Source: Catajapyx aquilonaris (Eukaryota). Taken from it: a stretch of 20,000 bases of DNA. The stretch covers positions 55,380-75,379 of the forward strand of contig KZ538394.1 in the NCBI GenBank assembly GCA_000934665.2, in the 5' to 3' direction. How positions within the stretch are numbered: position 1 is the first letter of the stretch; each line of letters starts with the position of its first letter. The translations under genes and the position numbers were made by a program. This document shows, piece by piece, positions 10,238 to 20,000 of this stretch. The notes beneath the pieces are model-generated. The model worked only from the letters and a program-made list of their open reading frames with translations. It was not told the origin of the DNA and made no database searches.

Positions 10238-13200
10238 CATGTAAAGTACCGGTATGTAAATCAGCAAATCTGTCTCAAAAATGAAATAGTGCGTATACAT
10301 ATATTTATTTATTATTTTACTGTAAATGGTCTTCTTTTGTGAATATGGTGTAAGCTATGTATTTGTATGTTCCTCACATCCTTCACACCTTTGTACTTTA
10401 ACATTTTTGGTCATCACTGCACAATCATCAGGCGAAAAGATGAATAGAGCTGGAATCATATTTACAGTCACATGCCTGTATACATGTGTGTCCTAATGCT
10501 CAGGTGCTCCACAGACTGATCACAAAAATCTAATAACTCACAGCACCCACTCGGCTAGTAGTCGGATACCTAACAGTAACTTTCATTATGGATACGTCCA
10601 ATTAGAACAACCCATCCATGCAGGGCTTTGACATCCATTTAAAAGCAGACCCGGCGTTGAAAGCGCAGCAGTGGCTAACAACCTATACAAAGACTTTTTC
10701 CCATTCCTATATCTTTCCCCCCCTGAGAGATGCGAGAATATTCAAAAGGCGAGTGCATAATTATCCGGTTTCATCTCCGGGATCGGTGAAGCACCACTCC
10801 GGGAGGTCCCTTCCAAAAACATGGGAAAACATTGTTGGAAAGGGTAGGGCAGGCAGGGAGAGAGGGAAAAGGATGAGTAATGGAGTCCAAACTAGTCGGG
10901 CTTTCTCCGATGGGAGTTGGCGGCACAAAAGGAACTTGGAGACGTATAATACCCACCCACCTTACCCGACACCCGGTTTCTGGCGCCCCGACGCTTTTCC
11001 TCCTCTACGTGGCCCGGATAAACTCGTGTAATTTATGCACGCTTCGGGCCTTCCGGAAAAAGGAGATCCCCTCCCAAGTTAACATGACGGATGGGATGCC
11101 TCAGGGAGATGCACGGGGAATTGATTGAACCTGCCCAAATCCATCTTTGGGATCTGCTCCCTAATAATATAGTCTATGGTTCTAGCTGCTCTCTGCTGCA
11201 TATAATCAGCCCTGTTCCCGCTTCCGTTCTTCTCGGGAGGTTCAATCTATTCCAATTGGGAGCAGATGGATGGGAGTAACGTTTAACGGCATTATTATGA
11301 AGGGAGGCGTGCTGTATTACTTTCAAATTGATGTGTGCTGCAAATATTGTTTTCTTTGCTGAAAGTAGCCTTTAGTACAAAATATACTGCAGAACTGTTA
11401 ATTAAAATTACAAAATGCGCGTTTGCAGCTCATTTTTGCATGGTCCTTCTGGGAAGACCCTGATGTATCATAATGAATCATTCTCCCTGGCACCAGTCAA
11501 GGCGTAGCAATGAATTGTGGAGCACTTGAGCAAAAGGGTCACATATCAAGCGAGGTCGTTTGTTGTGGGAAATATTTAGCATACTCTATCTGCTCTTCAC
11601 CGAGGCAGTATACAAGTTAGGCTCATCCAAATTCTCTAGATATACGTTCAACCCACACATCAATTTGCAATGTATGGGTTATCCATGCTGCTCAAATAGT
11701 TGACTAATATTCTGAACAAGGCTACAGGTATTGCCATAATATAGAGCCTCTCAACTTCATTACTAACATCTGAAAGCAGCCCAAGTCCCTCATGCTCCAA
11801 TGCCCACCCCTATTTAATTTTTTCCTCCTCTCCAACTCCATATCCCCAGTAGATCCTTCACAATGAGTTGGGAAGTGCGACATGAAAATTACAGCTCCAG
11901 AGCCTGTAATCTGGTTTCATAAAGCAGACCCTACTGGGAGGCGGCCGAAAGTGTGTCTTTTGCCAGCACCCCCACTCGCAGCTGGCCTCCAAAATATATG
12001 GGAAGACCCACCAGAGGATAGGGCCGCCATGCAATTGCCAGGCTTGTACCGGATGAATCTTATTGAGGCTGTTGCATCTTAGCCTGGCTTCGGGGTCTAT
12101 GTACTTTCTGGGGTGAATTACAACGGGGAATGGAGCCTTTCATACGTAGTAAATCACGAACGGTTGGTGGGTGTAGGGTTAGTTGAACCACGATCGATTG
12201 AAACGAGGTGTAAAAAATGTATTCGGTGAGTGCAGGTCGTTTGTTGTGATGTAGGAGTACAAACAAGGATTATACCCCGAGTATTACAGCAGCTTGGGGT
12301 ATCACCACCAGAGGCAGCAGCTTTACTGGCTTCAGCACGATGATTATCCTCCCCGATTTAACAAAGAGTGATTGAACTGCCGTACTGTAGGACCAGACTC
12401 GATTAAGAGGTGAAACACACAAAAAATGTGGCGAGTGGTTCAAAGCTTGTTGCACAAGTTTATGAACCCCCTGCACTGCATAATGTAGAAGGTTGTTGAC
12501 TGATTTTACGCGTGATTCGTGGCTTCCACTTTGGACATGCCTTTGAAAGTGTTGTGATGAAAAGGTAATCAATGGACAGAGCGGAGTGGTTAATGTAATC
12601 AATTTCGCGGTTGGTAAATATTTAGAGGGGGGGAAGAATCAGGGAATTTTATTGGACGGTTTCAAAAAGTGTAATGAGCTTTTTGTTTATGGTCATTACT
12701 ATCGTGCGTAACTGTGGACTCATGCGGTGTTGATAAGGACATCTGAAGAGTGCCGATAAGTAACGCAGTTTACTATCCACTTTTACGACAATTATTTTTG
12801 CAATTAAATTTTTTTATTATTCATCCCTCGATGAGGAATACTGTCTCAACATTGTCTATAAGAGCCAGAGTTCCGGTTTAACGTATTCGTTATCTATATG
12901 CTATACAGCCAAGATAATAGGTTGCATCGATTGTAAACCGCATTAACGACTACAGCGCAAAGACAAATACTTATGCAGAACATAAGTCCCCAGTCAACTC
13001 ATGTCTTTTCTCGTCAATTTTCTAGCCAGGAAGGTAAAAACAACTATGGATATTCAGCGCGTCTGTTGTCGAAGGTCGTAACTTTGGTTCTATTCGTCCT
13101 TATCTCTCAAGTTATGGTTGAAATAAGCTTTGGGCAATGGACGAAAAGACATAATCCCTGTCCTCCTATACCCCGCCCCCGGTGAGCGACAGCTCAGTGG

Positions 13201-14227
13201 TCGAAGTGGTCCGGATTACAAATGAAGCATCTTCACCCCCTGCCATGAATATCGGATGATTCCAAGGAAAAAAATTCACTAAAATAAGAGTTAGAAATAC
13301 ACCTTGGTGTAATCCAAGTCAGATAATGATGAACGTCCGAAAAAATTAATTGAGCTCTCAATGGCCACGGCGGGTGGGTTAGGACCAACTTAAGTATGAG
13401 GGGCATAACTATAACTACTGCGTCATAGGAGGATGGACTAAATGAAAACTAGAAACATTTAATTAATAAATTAACCTACCATTTGGGATGCTGTTTGAGA
13501 GGGGTAGGTGCAGACTTATATCTATATGACACTCACAAGTACACTAATGGACAAACTGCTTGAATTTAGCGTACTGTGCACATCTTTTGGGCCCCTCTTG
13601 AACGTTACATTTTCGGACAGCAGTTGAAAAAGGAACGTCCTTTAAAAAAATTCAGAATGATTTTTCGTCAATAAGCATGTTTCCGTTAACGGCGTCTTCT
13701 AAAAGCGGTTCTTCCTGTAATTTTATTTCTCTGTTTCGATCGTGGTTTCTATAATGACAAAATATAAAAAGGTTGAAAAGTGCGACTCGCTGCAATATGG
13801 CAACACGGCCGGGCCTTCCTGATAAGCCCTCTCTAGACCCTTCCCGACGTAGCCTAATCCTCTCTGGAATGCAACTGGGAATATTTCATGGCGTGAGAGA
13901 ACTAAAATATTATTTTGCATCCATCGGCTCTTATGAAGATGATGATGTCCTGGCACTGTGTTTGACTAGCACTGCATGACATATGCCTATAAAATAAGAA
14001 AAATAGTACAAATATGTTATGTGGCCTTTAGTATCTGCAAATTAATCTTCAAATCTTAATTTATTATTCTTCAAAATAATTTTAATATTAATTTGAGGTA
14101 ACACACTGCACCTGAAACGAATATTATTTGTCATCTATCACATGCACGAATGTGATACTGAGCTGACTGGGTGAATGTTTCTTTTTATGAAAGGGTTTTA
14201 ATTACATTTATATGCTGAAATTCGTCT

Positions 14228-14370
14228 GGGCTCGTTCATAAAGCACGTCACGTTGTTTTTCACCTAATTTTGGTCCCCCCCCCCCCCCCCCCCCCCCCCN
14301 CTCAGCATCACGTCTGCTTCAACCCCCGATACTCTATCAGGGCAGCGTGACGCACTTTATAGACGACCCT
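14228..14370. mobile_element. PIF/Harbinger-like MITE with C-rich interior
   Basis: GGGCTCGTTCATAAAGCACGTCACG versus reverse complement of the right end AGGGTCGTCTATAAAGTGCGTCACG (19/25). 3-bp flank TCT on both sides (14225-14227, 14371-14373). Resembles insect MITEs with GGGGYCGTCCATAAA..CGTCAC ends. Confidence 0.7.
14275..14300. other. Poly-C run ending in an ambiguous base (possible assembly join)
   Basis: 25 C (14275-14299) followed by N at 14300. Confidence 0.9.
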
Positions 14371-15937
14371 TCTGCCAAGAAATACTGCGCAGATTGCAAC
14401 AACTTCCACTGAGCTTTTTCAGCAACGGAGAAAAAGCGCAGGCCGTAACCTATCCCCTTATGGCAATTCCCTTGCAAGAAGCAGAATTTCCTGAGACATG
14501 ATCCATCGCGCATTCATCCGGACTAACCCCTTCTCCCTTTCCTCTCCCGGTCCATCATAAAAGGACGTCCGCAACGCCTCTTGACAGGTAATATTCCACT
14601 GGTATGGCGCCAAGAACGTCCATGTTGGGTTCGATTTACAGACTGAGGCACTCGAGAAGGGAACACCCTCCCCCAAAAGAGCCTTTTCCAATTGAGTTGG
14701 CGTCGGTGGCGTCGGTCCTCTGTTCCCTTCCACTCCGTCGGTCATCCTTTTCCTCCTTTTCGCCCAGGAGCAGCCCTCCCATTCCGAGTAATAACATCCG
14801 AGGCATTATAAACACCTCCTCCTGGCGGCCATTACCAGGCGCCGGCACATGACCTGCCCTCCTGCGGTGCAACGGGAGAATCACTGCGCTAGGGCCTAAT
14901 TGCCCCGCCAGCGCCATTTTAACGTCTCGGAGGAAATGAAGCCTCGAGCCGGCATTCTCGCCCAATTAATGAGATTTCACGCTGACTTTGGTTATCTTCT
15001 CTTTAAGGTCCAAGTGTACCGAGTGTGAGAAGGTACTTAATTATGCGCATTAGCTGGCGAATGAGGGGCGTGATTATTCGAAAGGCTGTCGGGCCTGAAA
15101 GGGCTAAAGGTGTATAGGATAGTGTTCTTATGAGAATTAGCTGGTACCATAGCAAAATCGATATTGGAGGTTGGAAAAGGATGATAATATATTTGAAATT
15201 AATTTTTAACATGTAAAAAAAGGCAAGAATTATTTTTTGCAAATTGGCCATAACGTATAATGTCCTAACTTCTCAAAGACCAAATTTAGTAACTCCACAG
15301 TTGAGAGTTGACTGTATTACAACATTCCATTCTTATATCCGAAATTGAGAATAAAATTTAATTTCGGCGTGAACTACTGGCTAAACAGTAGATAGGACTA
15401 CTAGACAAGTATAAGAATAACAGGACAATATGCAGATGTCCTCATTCCGTGAATGTAAAAATTGTCACAAAATATTGCTTTAGTACCTCAACGGTGAGTG
15501 CGCACATTGCTGTGTCACACAGTCAATGATACATACTTCCTATACAGCTATATACTGCTTTGTTATTCAGTGTAAGATTTCGTGGTCGATTTGTAATGTT
15601 GGCAGAAAGAGTGTATATGCCTACAGGTCAACTTGCAGCATTTGCAATATGATGTTCATGTTATTTTTGCCCAGTACTTTAGTCATGTCGTTGTCAATTT
15701 GGGTTTTATACCAGATAGTATACATAGCTATAGGGGGCCTGGAGTTGCCATATTATGCAGTTTTTATTGCACAAAATTGATGTGGGAAAGTAAACTACAA
15801 TATCCGTGGATACTGGATAGTTGGTGGGCTGCTCGGCTCCCCTGGAAAATGCATCAGAGCAGCTCCACTCTCTGCCTCCTGGATGTGTACAGTAGAGTAT
15901 AGCTTAAAGTGTGCTGCATAGTGATGGAGCATGATCG

Positions 15938-15963
15938 AATAATAATAATAATAATAATAATAA
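15938..15963. repeat. (AAT)n microsatellite
   Basis: About 8 AAT units. No associated TSD recognised. Confidence 0.9.
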
Positions 15964-16069
15964 ATGGTTATCTAAGTTATTAGTCATTAGGCCATTAGTT
16001 AAATGTCTAAAGAGCTATGTTGCTCAAAGCTATCGAGAGTTATTTCTAATAAAATTCACAAGGACTATA

Positions 16070-16319
16070 CAGGGTCTGTCTCTACCAAAGTTAACTGTCG
16101 CGTCAGAGAGATGCTGACAAATGAGAGTTGATGGCTTAATCACCCCTGGGCGATGTGATGTTGACAAAATCAAAATACGGTATACTCAAAAAGGTAAAGC
16201 CCCAAACTCGGGGCTGAGTCTTGTCTGGAGTTCGAATTCAGACCAGGGGTAACGAATCCATCAACTCTCCTTCGTCAGTATCCTGATAGGACCTTCAACT
16301 TGGGCAAAGAAACATCCTG
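16070..16319. mobile_element. Old Tc1/mariner-type MITE with about 80-bp imperfect TIRs and TA TSD
   Basis: TA(16068-16069)-CAGGGTCTGTCTCTACCAAAGTTAA...GAGAGTTGATGGCTTAATCACCCCTGG versus reverse complement of the right end CAGGATGTTTCTTTGCCCAAGTTGA...GAGAGTTGATGGATTCGTTACCCCTGG. TA at 16320-16321. Confidence 0.82.
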
Positions 16320-17579
16320 TAGTTAGCTGTAACATTACGTACAAGTAAAACGCGATCTAACAAAGCGGTTCATGGTTCCACCTGTACAAAAGCTCGGCAA
16401 TCTCTGGGAAGATTATTTTGATCGTAATGCAGAAGGTTACCTATCCATTCATGTTTAGCAAAGTCCCTATTGACAGGTGTACTGTACAACTATATCTTCC
16501 AGAAGTGGTTATAGACCGTCCAGTGAAACTTCATCGAGAAACTAATGACTTAAAACAGGGCCAAGCTGCACTTAGTTGGCAATTTAGCTATTATGTTTGT
16601 TCGTAGTAGGGTCATAGACAAGTTGACTCCATTCATTAATAACACCCAACATTACAGGGCTGCAGACGAACTTTACTGGAACATAAGCCACAGGCTTATT
16701 TGCAGTACCGTCAATACCACTTTCTAAATCTGGACTTGGTTAAAGCGGGGATTCCCCCTCCCTTTCCCGGAGGCTCATAGCCCAACCAGATGCTTTTGAA
16801 AGCATAACACAAACGTCTTCGTATAGTTTCAAAATGTGCTTCATGGAAGTTATAGCTATACCGTGCAGAAGATGATGTATTTACGCTAATATACAAAGTA
16901 GGTCGACTATAGGACACAGTAATGAGAGCAGGTATCGAACAATAAAGGCCCGGATAAAAGCGGCACCTAATCTGCACTTATTTGAATACAAACCCAATTA
17001 TTTGGTGCTCAATCAGTTTAAGCGACATTTTATGCCAGGAGCATCAGTGTTGAAACTTTTTAAATGCACACAGGGTGATTCAATGGAGGACCCAATTGCG
17101 CAGTTATATTTTATGCGTACCAACCCTTTATTAACAATTACGCCAATTAAAGACTGTTTATAGAACTTAATTGTTCCGGTGCTCGCAGGCCATAGGATAC
17201 ACATTATGCACGTGTCTGATAATTTCTTTCTAATTTCAGTTCGCAGTGTAACTTTGCATGCCCATCATGACAGTTACTGTCTGTATGAGCGAATAAAGTG
17301 TTTTGTTAAAATTAGGTTGGATAATGACATAATCCATCTGAAAATTTGCGAAAAATGTATTTTATTTTATTCGTTGTTGGAAGGATTTTCGAAAGAGTGA
17401 AAATCACAACATATTCGTGAACATAAACTTGCAGTAAAACAATCGATGATGTTTGCATGGTCTAAGGAATTGCGTAATTTTTCAATTTCAATCCGGAGCC
17501 TGGGCAACAATGAATACCACTATTGATTATTCTGCCAAAATTTCAAAATGCAAATTATGCACTTATTACTTCAGGGCAT

Positions 17580-18150
17580 GGTTCCGACATTAATAACGAA
17601 TGAAAAGCACCAAATTATATTTGCACACCGGAAATTTCGTCCTCGACAAAACGCCCCCGGAAATTTCGTCCCCGACACATTACGTCCCCGACAAATAACG
17701 TCGCCCGGAAAAACGTCCCCGTCGGGGATGTCCCCACGCAAAAACATTTCTAAAATATAGCACAGTGAGACAAGATAATAAAGACGTACGCTATCGAATG
17801 CCCCGTAGGAAGTAACAGCACTGCATATCCCACATTTTTAGACAGCATGTAGTTGACATTCGTCTGAGCTTTGAAGGGGCTCATTTCCACGGAGATCCCT
17901 TCTGGAAGGAGGTGAGAATTTAATAGGGGCAATATGATTTTAACGACTATAATGAATTTAACGACTTTAATTATTTGTCATTCTTGTAATTTCACACTGA
18001 CAGCATGACCATGTACCGGTACCGGTATATTTGCATGGATATTAAATTTATATCAAGTGACATGATTTTCCTTTCTTTCTCTCGGGACATCCCCTATGTT
18101 GACGTTTTTTCCGGGAACGTTATTTGTCGGGGACGAAATTTCCTAGAACC
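17580..18150. mobile_element. Non-autonomous DNA element with inverted arrays of about 15-bp subterminal repeats (Mutator/foldback-like, tentative)
   Basis: Left array 17630-17735 (GGAAATTTCGTCCCC, GACAAATAACGTCGCCC, GGAAAAACGTCCCC, GGGGATGTCCC) is mirrored at 18083-18143. Candidate termini GGTTC (17580) and GAACC (18150). No clear long TSD; the left boundary is uncertain (17580 or about 17630). Confidence 0.75.
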
Positions 18151-18727
18151 ATTTCAAAGATGCTTGCAGGAATAGCAAATGAAATTTTCAAAGTCGTAAC
18201 TTGCACAATCTAATTTTCTAAATTAGAGAATCGACAGTTAAAATCGAGTCTTACTTTTTCATATGATATGATTAGCAACACCATCTATAAAAATGAGAGC
18301 AGTTCACAATAACCCGATCCTTGTACCCATATCTTTGGATAACTCAGTTGTTCGTTTGGAACACAAATGATACCACATAGCCTACTTCTGTATTTGACTA
18401 TACATTGCGTGAATAGCAACAGGAGTGCTCCTATATACTCTTATAAATGAGAGAACTTCATTCCTGTCGTGCATTGTGCAATATTTCCCCATCCATGTCT
18501 GGTGATGGCGACTGTTATTTTCCACTTGTTCGTTATTGCTACATTACGCGGTTTGCAAGTTGCAGGAACGGGTATTTTGTGCCAAATTTTTTAGTTGATA
18601 GGCTGCTACCGTGCTTTGACAACTGTGAAATTCTAATATATGGGAAGGTGAGGTACTGTTCTGACGAAGTCACGATCAGGGGTATTATCCTTCTGATTGA
18701 ATATTATTATTTCTAATATCATAGACA

Positions 18728-19133
18728 ACCGAAGCAGTAGTGGTGTAGTGGATATGGTGTCCGACTGCTAATCGGGAGGTCCTGGGTTCGAGTCCCGGAG
18801 GCCGGCGGTCCTGACCTTGGTTTTCTGTGGTTTTCCAAGGTCACTCCAGGGAAATCCCGGGATCGTACCGATATATAGGCCACAGCCGCTTCCTTCCTTT
18901 CCCTGGAGGAGGCGCGGTGTCGGTGGGGGGCTTCCGGCCGCGCCTAGTGGGGTGTCTAAGCTTGGCCCCCTGAGGGACTGCACACGGCCCCCACCACAGG
19001 ACAATGCACTGCACCTTTGTTCCTCCCTCCCTATCCCTTCCCTGTCCCTGCACCGGTGAGATTGTAAAGTTAGAAAAATGGAGGAGATCTCCTCCCCCTG
19101 CATTGACCAATTGGTCTCAAGGGGGATCCCAAA

Positions 19134-19167
<34 letters not shown>
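18728..19167 (+). mobile_element. Full-length tRNA-derived SINE
   Basis: 13-bp TSD AATATCATAGACA (18715-18727, 19168-19180). A box TGGTGTAGTGG (18741-18751), B box GGTTCGAGTCC (18785-18795), anticodon-like arm TCCGA-CTGCTAA-TCGGG. Central GGTTTTC..CCAGGGAAATCCCGGGAT..GGCCACAGCCGCTTCCTTCC block like that of arthropod SINE conserved domains. (AAAT)n tail at 19131-19167. Confidence 0.95.
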
Positions 19168-19168
<1 letters not shown>

Positions 19169-20000
19169 ATATCATAGACATTCTGGAGTGATTCTGATTG
19201 TGCTGCTATACCTGGCTCCTAGCTTTTTATAATAACATAAAAATATGGCAGCCAAGGTGTGATAAGGATAAACGTGCTGCGGAAAAGGGGCATTTTTTGC
19301 CATTCAAATTCTATCATGTGTTTCTCTGATATTGACCGTCAGTCTACTCTAATTTATGGTTGGTTGGAATTAACCCCCTAATAATTTTTAAACAAAGAAG
19401 GACTTCAATAATTATATGCAGTTTCGCGTACTTGAGCATTTTCCTTGATCAATGGTTTGGTGCAGTTACACATATTACACGATTTTGCGTATGTAATGAC
19501 AGTCAAATGCAGGACCATACTACAATTATTTTCTGAGGGGCTCAAGCCATTTTCCATAAATTCATGGTATTACTACCCATCCTAGGTCATCTTACAGTAT
19601 TACATACCGGTATTAGCGGGTATTAGTGTTCAGTAACAAGTCTATAGGAAACAATGAGGAAACTAAAAATAAAATCAGGCAACTGACATCAGCAACATGC
19701 TATCCTGTCTACAGTATATGCGCACAGACAGCTTATTATCAGCGCTGCTTTCAGATGCGTCTGGCGAAACACATCGCATCGGAGTCCCCCATCACTTGGT
19801 ATAACGTAATCTTGTTAAACATGAGACAAAGCATTATACGTTTATCGCATTTTTTTTACTGCCAATCATGAGTCGTCGCGTCGCCAGGAATGGTGGACCT
19901 TGCTATAGTCGCCTAGGCAAGCAACATTTTTCATAAGAAAACTGCACTTAATGAGGAGAACACCAAACTTGGCATACATCATGCCCACACCTATTGTCAA

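Noticed and set aside
10618..12602. ORFs of 137 aa (10618-11031) and 110 aa (12270-12602)
   Set aside because: No recognisable domain or gene structure; lengths are compatible with chance.
13181..13372. Degenerate SINE head (AGCTCAGTGGTC A-box-like; GGCCACGGC downstream)
   Set aside because: No B box, tail or TSD.
14986..14997. miR-9-like sequence CTTTGGTTATCT
   Set aside because: Only a 12-nt match; the rest of the mature sequence and a precursor hairpin are absent.
17630..17735. CRISPR-like array
   Set aside because: Degenerate tandem units without unique spacers, mirrored as an inverted array, in eukaryotic DNA.
18731..18805. Functional tRNA gene (GCT anticodon)
   Set aside because: No convincing acceptor stem and no long Ser-type variable arm. 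It is the head of a TSD-flanked SINE.
18910..19000. HDV-like or twister ribozyme in the SINE
   Set aside because: No P3/L3/P1.1 arrangement for HDV and no correctly placed UAA cleavage-site motif for twister.
18768..19181. ORFs of 137, 89 and 80 aa
   Set aside because: They lie within the GC-rich SINE and its tail; spurious.

Overview
Non-coding eukaryotic DNA of moderate GC content. The SINE and MITE types suggest an invertebrate, probably an arthropod (inference). No host protein-coding gene can be supported; nearly all listed ORFs look spurious. The window is dominated by mobile-element remnants: (i) a young 5'-truncated non-LTR retrotransposon (CCHC finger, AATAAA, (TTA)n tail, perfect 15-bp TSD) at 2806-3430; (ii) a complete tRNA-derived SINE with a 13-bp TSD at 18728-19167 and a diverged minus-strand relative lacking the central domain at about 4502-4825; (iii) several non-autonomous DNA elements: TA-target Tc1/mariner-type MITEs (6512-6947, 8822-9015, 9867-10237, 16070-16319), a Harbinger-like MITE (14228-14370), a CAC..GTG element (837-1244) and a subterminal-repeat element (about 17580-18150); (iv) a retroposon tail nested in one MITE; (v) microsatellites and a 62-bp loopless palindrome. 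The most unusual signal is diffuse: an apparent excess of TA-CAG/CTG-TA, TA-CCGG-TA and TA-GGCC-TA words, often stacked. These match the excision footprints expected from CAG- and CCG-ended TA-target transposons like those in the window. I found no convincing new protein-based system.
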